Part shown: positions 11,918 through 20,975 of the stretch, piece by piece
How positions within the stretch are numbered: the first letter of the stretch is position 1
Layout of the letters: each line of letters starts with the position of its first letter
Assembly: GCA_027002265.1 (NCBI GenBank)
Contig: JAMOTM010000056.1
Location: 30,977 to 94,976, forward strand
Direction of reading: 5' to 3'
DNA from: Aquificota bacterium
GTDB taxonomy: Bacteria > Aquificota > Aquificia > Desulfurobacteriales > DQVG01
Length of the DNA stretch: 64,000 nucleotides
The notes under the pieces: model-generated
The model's database searches: none
Told to the model about the DNA's origin: nothing
What the model saw: only the letters and a program-made list of their open reading frames with translations
Made by a program: the position numbers and the translations under genes

Positions 11918-13244
11918 TTTTATACCTATTTTTATACTTTTTTTCTAAATATTTTGAATAAAGCTCTCTATAAAATAAAAGAAAATGCATGCTAAATATT
12001 GTTACCACGGCTGCTGGGACTATAACACTAAAATTTAAAGTAAGCTCAAAAGATAAAACAATTGCTGTTGTTGGAACATTTAAAATAGATCCTAGAAAAG
12101 CTGCTGCTCCAATAGCTGCAAAATAGCTATTTGGAAGATATATATCCGGAAGAAAATCTTTTAAAACAAGCGCATATAAGTAACCCAATAAAGCTCCAAT
12201 AGAAAGAATAGGCATAAAAAGACCACCGACAGCTCCCCATCCTAAAGCTAGAGAGGTTGATAATATACGTGCAAGTAAAATTAGAAGTGCTAAGCGAAAC
12301 GCAAATTCTTGGTTTTCGTAAATTAATTTTTCTATAAGTATATGCCCGGAAAATCCGGCATAAGGAGTTAACTTTAAAAGACAAGCCGTAAAAAAGCCTG
12401 CCAAAATTGCGCGAACAAAAATTTTATATTTTCCCGAAATTCCATATTTTTTCATTATTTTTTCAACTTTTTTTTCTATAGGATAAAAAATTTGTAAATT
12501 TATAGAATCTTTTACTCTTAAAAAAATTAAAGAAGCAATAACTACCAAGGGAACCATAAAAACGGAGTATAAAATATCTTGAAAAGATATGGTTCGCTGA
12601 AAGATGAAAGGGAATATATCTCCATGAAAAAAGTGGGAAGCTATGGCAAAACCAAAAACCGCAGATAAAACCATAATAAAAGAGTTTGTAAGAGATAACT
12701 CTTTTACTATAAGCTCAAGTCCAAAAACAAATCCAGTAAAGGGAGATATAAATACTGCAGCTATTCCTGCAGAAGCCCCAGCCGCAATAACAGTTCTCAT
12801 CAAAGTTACCGGAATTTTTACAAGTTTACTTAAATAAAAAGCAAGTATTGCTCCAACCTCGGCACTGGGACCTTCGTTTCCAACTGCAAATCCACTGCCT
12901 ATACTTATAGCTGAAGCAAAAATTTTAAGAATAACATCTTTTATACCGATAATAAGCTTTCCTTCTTCTAAAATTCTAGCTACTCGAACAACCCCATACT
13001 CTTTTATATTTTCATTTGTAATTTTTAAAAAGCTGACAATAATAGCTCCAACAATTGGAGGGAAAATTAAAATATAGAAAGGAATTTTTTTTATAGTTTT
13101 AAACGGGTCTCCGAAAAAAAATATATGCATAAAAAAATGGGTAAGTTTTAAATATATAACAATTGCGAAACCGACAGTTATCCCTATAAATACAGAATGT
13201 ACTAAAACTTTTAACTCAACATTTGATAATCTTTCTCCAGGCAA
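11910..13244 (-). CDS. ClC-family voltage-gated chloride channel/antiporter
   Basis: Selectivity-filter-like GSGFAVGNEGPSAEVG plus GGLFMPILSIGA. About 10 hydrophobic helices. Confidence 0.85.
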   Translation of the reverse strand: MPGERLSNVELKVLVHSVFIGITVGFAIVIYLKLTHFFMHIFFFGDPFKTIKKIPFYILIFPPIVGAIIVSFLKITNENIKEYGVVRVARILEEGKLIIGIKDVILKIFASAISIGSGFAVGNEGPSAEVGAILAFYLSKLVKIPVTLMRTVIAAGASAGIAAVFISPFTGFVFGLELIVKELSLTNSFIMVLSAVFGFAIASHFFHGDIFPFIFQRTISFQDILYSVFMVPLVVIASLIFLRVKDSINLQIFYPIEKKVEKIMKKYGISGKYKIFVRAILAGFFTACLLKLTPYAGFSGHILIEKLIYENQEFAFRLALLILLARILSTSLALGWGAVGGLFMPILSIGALLGYLYALVLKDFLPDIYLPNSYFAAIGAAAFLGSILNVPTTAIVLSFELTLNFSVIVPAAVVTIFSMHFLLFYRELYSKYLEKKYKNRYKND

Positions 13245-13258
13245 TAGAGTGCCTCTCG

Positions 13259-14428
13259 TTATTTAACAATTATTTTTGCGTGAATAGCTCCAGCTGCCTT
13301 TAAAGCTTCTATTATTGCAATTAAATCTCCGGGGGAAACTCCAAGAGCATTTAAAGTTTTTACAAGATCTTTTAAAGTGGGAGCATTCAACATAAAGATT
13401 TTTCCTTCCTGAGTAATATTTATCTCAGTTAAAGTTTTATTTGTTAAAGCCCTTAGCTCCTCTAAAAAGGCTTGGGTACTATTTCCATTTCCAAATATAA
13501 GTTTATTTATTTGAGGAATTTCTTTAACAGCTACCATAATGTTTCCGTGAGCTACGGCTACAGGATCTATTTTTACATCTTCACCCATAACCACGGTTCC
13601 TGTTCTTTCATCTATAACCACAACCGGCTCTGGATTAATATTAACTTTTAGAGATAGTATTTTATTTATTACATTTACAGGATCCTCATCTAAAGGTGGA
13701 ATAACTTTTATAGTATTTAAATCTACCACTTTACAAACTTTAGCATTAAAAGCTTTATTTATAGTTTTTACAATATTATCTATTACAGTTGGATCATCTC
13801 TAAATTTTTTTAAAACAAAAATTAATCCATATCTAGGGTCAAAAATTTGATTTGGAGTTTTTTCTACAATAGCTCCATTTATTACAATACCTGTTGTTGG
13901 AAAATTTTTTTGAACCTGAGCATTTCTAGTTCCTATTTTATATCCTCCAGTAGAAACAGGACCTTGCGCTAATGCATAAATTTTATTATCTGGACCAAAA
14001 AGGGGGGTCAAAAGTAAAACGCCATTTTGCAAAGATTTTGCATCTCCAATAGAAGATACCCTTACATCTAATCTCATTCCAGGCTTTGCATAAGGGGGGA
14101 GTGTAGTTGTAACCATTACAGCTGCAACATTTTTTGATTTAAAAGTAGTAGTATCTAATTTAACATTAAAACGTCGAAGCATATTTGCGATACTATTTAC
14201 TGCAGCTAAAGAAGAATCTCCAGTTCCATCTAATCCAACAACAACTCCGTATCCAACTAAATAATTTGGTTTATTTCCATATAAAGTGAGAAGCTCTTTT
14301 AAAGTGAAAGTCTTTGAAAAGGAAAATGTTATTAAACTAAAGATATATAAAAAAAAGAAAAAAATTTTTTTTAATATTTTTAACCGTCCTATCTTTACTT
14401 TTCTGCTATTAACTTTTACCATGGCCAA
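13259..14428 (-). CDS. flgI: Flagellar P-ring protein
   Basis: Motifs: LVGYGVVVGLDGTGDS, RVSSIGDAKSLQNGVLLLTPL, C-terminal LNALGVSPGDLIAIIEALKAAGAIHAKI. N-terminal signal sequence. Confidence 0.95.
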   Translation of the reverse strand: MAMVKVNSRKVKIGRLKILKKIFFFFLYIFSLITFSFSKTFTLKELLTLYGNKPNYLVGYGVVVGLDGTGDSSLAAVNSIANMLRRFNVKLDTTTFKSKNVAAVMVTTTLPPYAKPGMRLDVRVSSIGDAKSLQNGVLLLTPLFGPDNKIYALAQGPVSTGGYKIGTRNAQVQKNFPTTGIVINGAIVEKTPNQIFDPRYGLIFVLKKFRDDPTVIDNIVKTINKAFNAKVCKVVDLNTIKVIPPLDEDPVNVINKILSLKVNINPEPVVVIDERTGTVVMGEDVKIDPVAVAHGNIMVAVKEIPQINKLIFGNGNSTQAFLEELRALTNKTLTEINITQEGKIFMLNAPTLKDLVKTLNALGVSPGDLIAIIEALKAAGAIHAKIIVK

Positions 14429-15150
14429 GCACCGGTTATAAGTCTATAGAGCCATCCAGGTGAAGTAACAACTTTGGAGTAATTACGGGTATTATATATT
14501 ATTTTTAAATTAGATATTCTTGTAGAGTCCACTATATTATTTGGAGAAATATCTCTTGGAGAAACTTCTCCAGATATAGTAATTATAAGTTCTTCTCCAT
14601 TAACATTATATTGTTTTTTTCCTAAAATAAATAAGTTTCCATTAGGTAAAACCTCAATAACTTTTGCAGATATATATATATTTTCTAATTTTGTAGAAAG
14701 CTTTCCACTTGAGGAAGATTGAAAATTTGTAGAGGATTGCATAGAAATTCCAGTTTTAAAGTTTAAACCTGCAACATTTTGAGTATTTACACCTAAAAAA
14801 GAATTTAAAGAATTGGAATAGCTTGGATTTTTAGAAAAACTTCGTTGGGTTTGTGTTTCTGCACTTGGAGTTTCAGATACACGAATTAAAATAATATCTC
14901 CTTTTTTCCTAGCTACAGGATAAGCATAAGGATTATCTATATAATTTTGACTAAGTAAACTTCCCGTTATTTTTGGATCTTGAGGTAAAGGGGAATAGTT
15001 TATCTTTTTAGGAGTTAAAGGAGGTAAAGTGATTACTTTAATTTTATTTTCAGGCGTAGGTTTAGGTTGCTGCTCAGAACAACCTAAAAAAAATAAAAAA
15101 AAGATACCTATAAGGAAAATATTTAATTTTTGAGAAAAATGAAATTGCAT
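14416..15150 (-). CDS. flgH: Flagellar L-ring lipoprotein
   Basis: Motifs: GDIILIRVSE, ISAKVIEVLPNGNLFILGKK, ISGEVSPRDISPNNIVDSTRISNLKI. Start moved to ATG 15150 (MQFHFSQKLNIFLIGIFFLFFLGC, lipobox FLGC, RBS GGGGGAA). The longer ORF to 15279 runs through the livJ-like terminator hairpin. Confidence 0.9.
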   Translation of the reverse strand: MQFHFSQKLNIFLIGIFFLFFLGCSEQQPKPTPENKIKVITLPPLTPKKINYSPLPQDPKITGSLLSQNYIDNPYAYPVARKKGDIILIRVSETPSAETQTQRSFSKNPSYSNSLNSFLGVNTQNVAGLNFKTGISMQSSTNFQSSSSGKLSTKLENIYISAKVIEVLPNGNLFILGKKQYNVNGEELIITISGEVSPRDISPNNIVDSTRISNLKIIYNTRNYSKVVTSPGWLYRLITGAWPW

Positions 15151-15254
15151 TAATTCCCCCAAGGAAAACTTATATTTTAAAACTTTTAAATATATTATAC
15201 GGAAAAATATAAAGGATAATGTTAAAAGTTTAAAGAAGAGAAAAAAGAGATATA

Positions 15255-15286
15255 GGAAAAGAAAAGTAAGGGGGAACACCCCCCTT
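15255..15286 (-). terminator. Rho-independent terminator of the livJ-like gene
   Basis: On the minus strand: AAGGGGG-GTGTT-CCCCCTT hairpin (15268-15286), then ACTTTTCTTTTCC, 5 nt after the stop at 15292. Confidence 0.55.
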
Positions 15287-15291
15287 ATAAG

Positions 15292-16422
15292 TTAAGGATT
15301 TATTGTGGTTACATATTTAAATTCACCATTTTCAACTTTTTTAACAACTGCAGGTTTTACAGCATTTCCGTTTTTATCGATAGTAATGTTACCGGTTACA
15401 CCTGGGAAGTTTTTGGTGTTTGCAATAGCATCTCTAATTTTCTCTTTATCTAAAGAATTTGCTCTTTTTATGGAATCAACTGCAACAAAATAAGCGTCAG
15501 CTCCAAGAGCTGCTAAAGAGTTTAATTCTTTATGATAAGTTTCGTGATATTTTTTTACAAACTCTTTTCCAAGTTTTGTAGAAATAGATTTTTCATCAAA
15601 GTGAGTTGTAAAGTAAAGACCTTCTACTGCTTTTCCACCTATCTTTACAAGCTCTGGAGCTTCAGCTCCATCTCCAGATAAAATTTTTGCTTTTATTCCA
15701 AGTTGTCTTGCTTGTCTTGCAATTAAGGCAACTTCTCTATAATAACCTGGAACATAGATGACATCTGGATGAAGATATTTTATAACGGTTAAAATTCCTT
15801 TAAAATCTGTTTGACCGGATTTATATGGAAGTATTCTTATAACTCTTCCACCCATTTTTTCAAAAGCTTTTTTAAAGGATTTTGCAAGACCAACTGAGTA
15901 GTCTTGAGCTATATCCATAATTATTACTGCAGTTTTTGCATGAAGATTATTTCTTGCAAATTTTGCAGCAACGTATCCTTGAAATGGATCAATAAAACAA
16001 ACTCTAAATACATATTTTTTTCCTTTTGTTACTAGAGGATTTGTAGAAGAAGGAGAAATCATAGGAGTTTTATTTTTTTCAGCAACGGTACTCATAGCTA
16101 TAGAGTTAGAAGATGCTACCGCTCCTAAAATAACTTTAACGTTATTTTGTGTAATTAAACGAGAAGCTGCATTTGCACTTTCCGCTTTATCCCCACGGTT
16201 ATCCATTAAAATTAAGTTTATTTTATAGGTTTCTCCGTTAATTTTTACTGTTGGTTCAATTTGGTGAGCAAGTTTAATTCCTTCCCAAGTTTGTTGTCCG
16301 AAAGCAGAAATAGGCCCTGTCATTGGTAAAACTACACCTACATTAACTTGTTTCATAGCAAAAGCTAAACTTAAATTAAAGATTAAAATAGCAAAAAGCT
16401 TAAAAATTTTTTTCATTTTCAT
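15292..16422 (-). CDS. Branched-chain amino acid ABC transporter substrate-binding protein (LivJ/LivK family)
   Basis: Signal peptide, then VGVVLPMTGPISAFGQQTWEG and overall Peripla_BP_6-like pattern. No permease or ATPase genes adjacent. Confidence 0.8.
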   Translation of the reverse strand: MKMKKIFKLFAILIFNLSLAFAMKQVNVGVVLPMTGPISAFGQQTWEGIKLAHQIEPTVKINGETYKINLILMDNRGDKAESANAASRLITQNNVKVILGAVASSNSIAMSTVAEKNKTPMISPSSTNPLVTKGKKYVFRVCFIDPFQGYVAAKFARNNLHAKTAVIIMDIAQDYSVGLAKSFKKAFEKMGGRVIRILPYKSGQTDFKGILTVIKYLHPDVIYVPGYYREVALIARQARQLGIKAKILSGDGAEAPELVKIGGKAVEGLYFTTHFDEKSISTKLGKEFVKKYHETYHKELNSLAALGADAYFVAVDSIKRANSLDKEKIRDAIANTKNFPGVTGNITIDKNGNAVKPAVVKKVENGEFKYVTTINP

Positions 16423-16541
16423 ACCTCCTAAAAGTCCATCTTAAGGGTAAAATAAAAGCAATTGTATTATATTATAACACTAAAAAAATTGCTAAAATTT
16501 TAAACGTATAGTATTTTGCTTTTTTTATCGGAGGCTTTTTT

Positions 16542-19500
16542 ATGAAATATTTTGTCGGAATAGATATTGGTTCTACTACAATAAAAACTTGCGTTTTGGA
16601 TAAAAATAAAAATTTAGTTTATAGCTCTTATAAAAAGCATGAAGCCAAGCAAATAGATAAGTTAATTGAAGAACTTAAAATATTAAAAGAAAAATTTAAG
16701 GATAATTTAGTTTTAACTTTTACTGGTTCTGGAAGTTTTGATATTTCAAAAGTTCTAAATGCTAATTTTCTTCAAGAGGTAAACGCTTTAACACTTGCTG
16801 TAGAAGATGTTTTTAATAAGGAAGTTTCAAGCGTTGTAGAACTTGGTGGACAGGATGCAAAAGTTTTAATTTTTGAAGATGGTTCTACTTTCACGTCTAT
16901 GAATGATAAATGTGCTGGAGGAACTGGAGCAACTATAGAAAGAATAATAAGAAAACTAAATTTATCTTTAGAAGATGTAAAAAAAATTAATTTCTTTGAA
17001 AGAAAAATATATCCGGTAGCTTCTAAATGTGGAGTTTTTGCAGAAAGTGATATTAATTCTCTTCAAAAGCTTGGGGTCCCAAAAGAGGATTTAATAGCTT
17101 CCTTATTTAATGCTATTGTTCTTCAAAATCTAAATATTTTAACTAGAGGAAGAATTCTAAAGCCAAAAGTTTTACTTTTAGGAGGACCTCATTTTCTTTT
17201 TAAAGCTTTAAGACAAGCTTGGATAAAAAATTTATATAAAGTTTGGAGGGAAAAAGGATTTGTAAATTCCTTAGAAGAATGCTTTGAACTTGTTTTATGT
17301 CCAGAAAATGCCTATATATATCCGGCTTTAGGATGCGCTTTGTATGCTTTAGAAAATAATTTTGAAACTACAAAGTTTTCTATAAAGGAGCTTTTAAATT
17401 ATAAAAAGGAATATTTTGAAAAATTAAAAAAGGAAACTTCACAAGAAGGTTTAATTTCTAAAAAAGAGTATGAAGAATATAAAAAGCTTTATCCAGACCT
17501 TCCTAAAGATGAAATTTATAAAAAAATATATTTAGACTTTAAAAAAAAATATTCTCCTAAAGGTAAAGAACTAGAGAAGCTCCCAGAAACTGTAGAAATC
17601 TTTATTGGAATAGATGGTGGATCAACTTCAAGTAAGCTTATTGCAATAGATAAAAATAAAAATGTTGTAGCAAAAGCTTATAGAATTTCAAAAGGTAATC
17701 CTTTAGAAGATATTAAATATCTATTTAAGGATTTAAAAGCTTCTTTAGAAAAAAAAGGAGTAAAAAACATAAAAGTTTTAGGTGTTGCTACTACTGGATA
17801 TGCAAAGGAAATGTTAAAAGAAGCTCTTTGTGCAGATTTAGCTTTGGTAGAAACTGTGGCTCATACAAAAGGGGCCTTGTCCTTTTTTGAAGATATAGAC
17901 GTTATTTGTGATATTGGCGGTCAAGATATAAAAATAATTTTTTTAAAAAACAAAAAAGTTTATGATTTTAAACTAAATACTCAATGTTCGGCTGGAAATG
18001 GTTTTTATCTTCAAAGCACTTGTGAAAGATTTGGCTATAAAATAGAAGAATATGAAAAAATTGCTTTTAAAGCTGAAAAAGCACCTAAATTTAACGTAGG
18101 ATGTGCGGTATTTTTAGAGCAAGATATTGTTAATTTCCAAAGAATGGGTTGGGAACCAAAAGAAATCTTAGCTGGCCTTGCAAAGGTATTACCTTTAAAT
18201 GTTTGGATATATGTTGTCCAAGAGCATAATTTAGAAAAGTTTGGAAAAAGATTTTTACTTCAAGGTGGAACCCAAAGAAATTTAGCTGCAGTCAAAGCTC
18301 AAGTTGATTTTATCAAGTCCTCAGTTAAAGATGCAGAAGTTTTTGTTCATCCTTTTACTGGAGAAGCTGGAGCTTTGGGAGCAGCTTTAGAAATCAGAGA
18401 AAAATATTTAAAAGAAAATTTTGAGAGCTCTTTTATAGGTATAGATGAAGCTATCAATTTAAAATTTGAAGTAGAAACTTCTCCAAAAACAGTGTGTAAT
18501 TATTGTCCTAACAGATGCCTGAGAACATTTATTACTTTTGAAAGAAACAATAAGAAACATTTGTTTATAATTGCTCCCTGTGAAAAAGGTCAAGCTGAAA
18601 GTTTAAAAGAATTTAAAGATATAAATAAAAAGCTTTTAGAAATTGAAAAAGAAAATCCAAACCTTGCGAAGGAAGCTTTAAAGCACCTTTTTAAAGTACC
18701 AAAAATAAAAAATTCAAAACTTAAAGTAGCTATTCCAAGAGTTTTGAACATGTACTCTTTAGCTCCTTTCTTTATAGGATTTTTTGAAAATTTAGATATT
18801 GAAATTGAGTTTTCCCCCTATACAAATGAGAAATTAAAAGAAGAGTATTTAGTAGGAGGAACTATAGATCCGTGTTTCCCAAGTAAAATAGCACTAGCTC
18901 ATACTAGGTATTTACTTGAAAATAGTGATGCTCCAATAATATTTTTTCCAAAAATTCAATACTTACCGACATTTTTGGAAAATACCTTAGATTCCAAAGC
19001 CTGTCCTACTGTAACGGCAACTCCTATGCATGTTTATGCATCTCTAACTTTAGAAGAAGATGTATTTAAAAAGAAAAATAAAATATTTTTAGATCCTCTT
19101 TTAGACTTTAAGCATAAAAATGTTTTAGAAAATTTTCTTTTTGAAACTTTTCAAAAGTTTGGATATAAAAAAAATCAAATAAGGGAAGCTATTTCATATG
19201 GATTTTTAAAACAAAAAGAATATATGACTACTATGCAAAATTTAGGTAAAAATGTTTTTAAACTTTTAAAAGAAAAGAATAAAATAGGTGTGGTTTTACT
19301 TTGCAGAAGCTATCACTTGGATCCGGGAATTAATCATCAAATTCCAGATGAAATTCAAAAAAGAGGCTACCCTATTTTAACCATAGAAAGTTTACCTTTA
19401 GATGAAGCTCCCACTTTAAGTATTCAAGATGTTTGGCAAACAAGTTATAGTGAAAATTCTAATAGGAAAGTCTGGGCAGCAAAGTATGTGGCCTCTAAAG

Positions 19501-19718
19501 ATTTTTTAGCTGCAGTTGATTTATCTTCTTTTAAGTGTGGACATGATGCGCCTATTTTAAGAGTTGTGGAAGAAATTTTACATTCTAGTAATACTCCTTA
19601 TTTTGCCTTTCATGAGCTTGATGAAAATAAACCTACAGGTAGTATAAAAATAAGAGTAGAAACTTTGGATTACTTTTTAAAAGAGCTTCAAAGAGAGAAA
19701 AATAAACTTTACGTTTAA
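16542..19718 (+). CDS. Fused double BcrAD/BadFG/HgdC-type ATPase (CoA-substrate-specific enzyme activase-like) with C-terminal HgdB/DUF2229-like domain
   Basis: Two acetate/sugar-kinase-fold modules. Module 1: GIDIGSTTIKTCV...GGQDAKV...NDKCAGGTGATIE. Module 2: GIDGGSTSSKLIA...GGQDIKIIF...NTQCSAGNGFYLQ. Then a Cys motif CNYCPNRC and a ~350-aa C-terminal domain. Confidence 0.75.
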   Translation: MKYFVGIDIGSTTIKTCVLDKNKNLVYSSYKKHEAKQIDKLIEELKILKEKFKDNLVLTFTGSGSFDISKVLNANFLQEVNALTLAVEDVFNKEVSSVVELGGQDAKVLIFEDGSTFTSMNDKCAGGTGATIERIIRKLNLSLEDVKKINFFERKIYPVASKCGVFAESDINSLQKLGVPKEDLIASLFNAIVLQNLNILTRGRILKPKVLLLGGPHFLFKALRQAWIKNLYKVWREKGFVNSLEECFELVLCPENAYIYPALGCALYALENNFETTKFSIKELLNYKKEYFEKLKKETSQEGLISKKEYEEYKKLYPDLPKDEIYKKIYLDFKKKYSPKGKELEKLPETVEIFIGIDGGSTSSKLIAIDKNKNVVAKAYRISKGNPLEDIKYLFKDLKASLEKKGVKNIKVLGVATTGYAKEMLKEALCADLALVETVAHTKGALSFFEDIDVICDIGGQDIKIIFLKNKKVYDFKLNTQCSAGNGFYLQSTCERFGYKIEEYEKIAFKAEKAPKFNVGCAVFLEQDIVNFQRMGWEPKEILAGLAKVLPLNVWIYVVQEHNLEKFGKRFLLQGGTQRNLAAVKAQVDFIKSSVKDAEVFVHPFTGEAGALGAALEIREKYLKENFESSFIGIDEAINLKFEVETSPKTVCNYCPNRCLRTFITFERNNKKHLFIIAPCEKGQAESLKEFKDINKKLLEIEKENPNLAKEALKHLFKVPKIKNSKLKVAIPRVLNMYSLAPFFIGFFENLDIEIEFSPYTNEKLKEEYLVGGTIDPCFPSKIALAHTRYLLENSDAPIIFFPKIQYLPTFLENTLDSKACPTVTATPMHVYASLTLEEDVFKKKNKIFLDPLLDFKHKNVLENFLFETFQKFGYKKNQIREAISYGFLKQKEYMTTMQNLGKNVFKLLKEKNKIGVVLLCRSYHLDPGINHQIPDEIQKRGYPILTIESLPLDEAPTLSIQDVWQTSYSENSNRKVWAAKYVASKDFLAAVDLSSFKCGHDAPILRVVEEILHSSNTPYFAFHELDENKPTGSIKIRVETLDYFLKELQREKNKLYV

Positions 19719-19780
19719 AATTTTTACTTTTATTTTAAGTAGTATAATTAATTTTCACTAAACTTAAGTGGGGAACTTTT

Positions 19781-20974
19781 ATGAAACGTCAAAGAAATTT
19801 AAAATTATCTTCTAATAAATGTCCTATATATCCTTGTAGGTTTATAAATATATTAAACATACCTAAAATAAAATCTTTAATAGAAGATATTTTTTGCTTT
19901 GCCGAGTATACAGATTGCCAAAGATTTCTAAGACATCAAATGCATTTGGAAGTTCCCGAAGATTTATGGCCTATAGAAAGAATTTCAATCTCTGAAGTTT
20001 TAAAAAATATAGGTTTTTCTTTTGGAAAGGAAATAGAAAGATATAAAAGATTTTTTCAAAAATTTAAAAAAAGTGAATATTTCAAAAATGTGATTTTGAA
20101 AACTTTAACTTCTATAGAAAAGGGAATCTATAATAAAAGATTGAATTTTTTTAGAGCATTTTTTGAAAAATACTACGAGGAATTATTTATAAAAAAATTC
20201 AATAATCGATTCTTTTTAAAAATGGCATATTTAATTTTAAAAGAAAATATAGATGAAGCTATTTTCGACTCATCCTTTTTGGTCTATTCTACCTTTCTTT
20301 CAGAAAATATGTATCTTTGGAGTTTGCAAAATATTAAAAATTCTATTCTTAGAGCAAGGATTTTATCAAGCTTTACAAAATTAAACACTTTAGCTTTAAT
20401 CTTTATAAAAAGGAACGTAAAATTAATTAAGGAAATTGAAGAAATAAAAAAAACAAGAACTTATATTTTTAATATAAAAAACGAACTTTATATAGATCCT
20501 CTTACTAAGGTTTTAAATAGAAGATTTCTAGAAAATTATAAGGATGACATTTTAAAAAATTATTCTCATATTTTAGTTTTAGACATAGATCACTTTAAAA
20601 AGATAAATGATACATATGGTCATCAAATTGGAGATTTAGTTTTACAAAGTGTATGTAAAATATTAAAAAAGCTTTTAAGAAAAAAAGATTTAATTATAAG
20701 ATATGGTGGAGAAGAATTTATTTTGGCTATAAATGTACCTGATGATGAAACAGCTCTAAAAGTAGCAGAAAGAATTAGAAAAGCTATAGAAAATACCTTA
20801 ATTACTATAAATGATGATAAAATTAGAATTACAGTTTCCATTGGAATATCTAAAATAAATCCAAACAAATCTTTTGAAGAAATTTTCTTGCTTGCAGACA
20901 AAGCTTTATATGAAGCAAAAAGAAGTGGAAGAAATAAAGTAGTTTTTAAAAAGGAGTTTGAGGAATCTTATTAA
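19781..20974 (+). CDS. Diguanylate cyclase (GGDEF) with uncharacterised Cys-containing N-terminal domain
   Basis: Motifs: DPLTKVLNRRF, DIDHFKKINDTYGHQIGDLVL, RYGGEEFILA, ADKALYEAKRSGRNKV. Confidence 0.9.
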   Translation: MKRQRNLKLSSNKCPIYPCRFINILNIPKIKSLIEDIFCFAEYTDCQRFLRHQMHLEVPEDLWPIERISISEVLKNIGFSFGKEIERYKRFFQKFKKSEYFKNVILKTLTSIEKGIYNKRLNFFRAFFEKYYEELFIKKFNNRFFLKMAYLILKENIDEAIFDSSFLVYSTFLSENMYLWSLQNIKNSILRARILSSFTKLNTLALIFIKRNVKLIKEIEEIKKTRTYIFNIKNELYIDPLTKVLNRRFLENYKDDILKNYSHILVLDIDHFKKINDTYGHQIGDLVLQSVCKILKKLLRKKDLIIRYGGEEFILAINVPDDETALKVAERIRKAIENTLITINDDKIRITVSIGISKINPNKSFEEIFLLADKALYEAKRSGRNKVVFKKEFEESY

Positions 20975-20975
20975 T

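Noticed and set aside
14416-15279. Long FlgH ORF with a 43-residue F/L-rich N-terminal extension.
   Set aside because: The extension spans the terminator hairpin of the upstream gene and has no RBS. The internal ATG 15150 gives a canonical lipoprotein signal.
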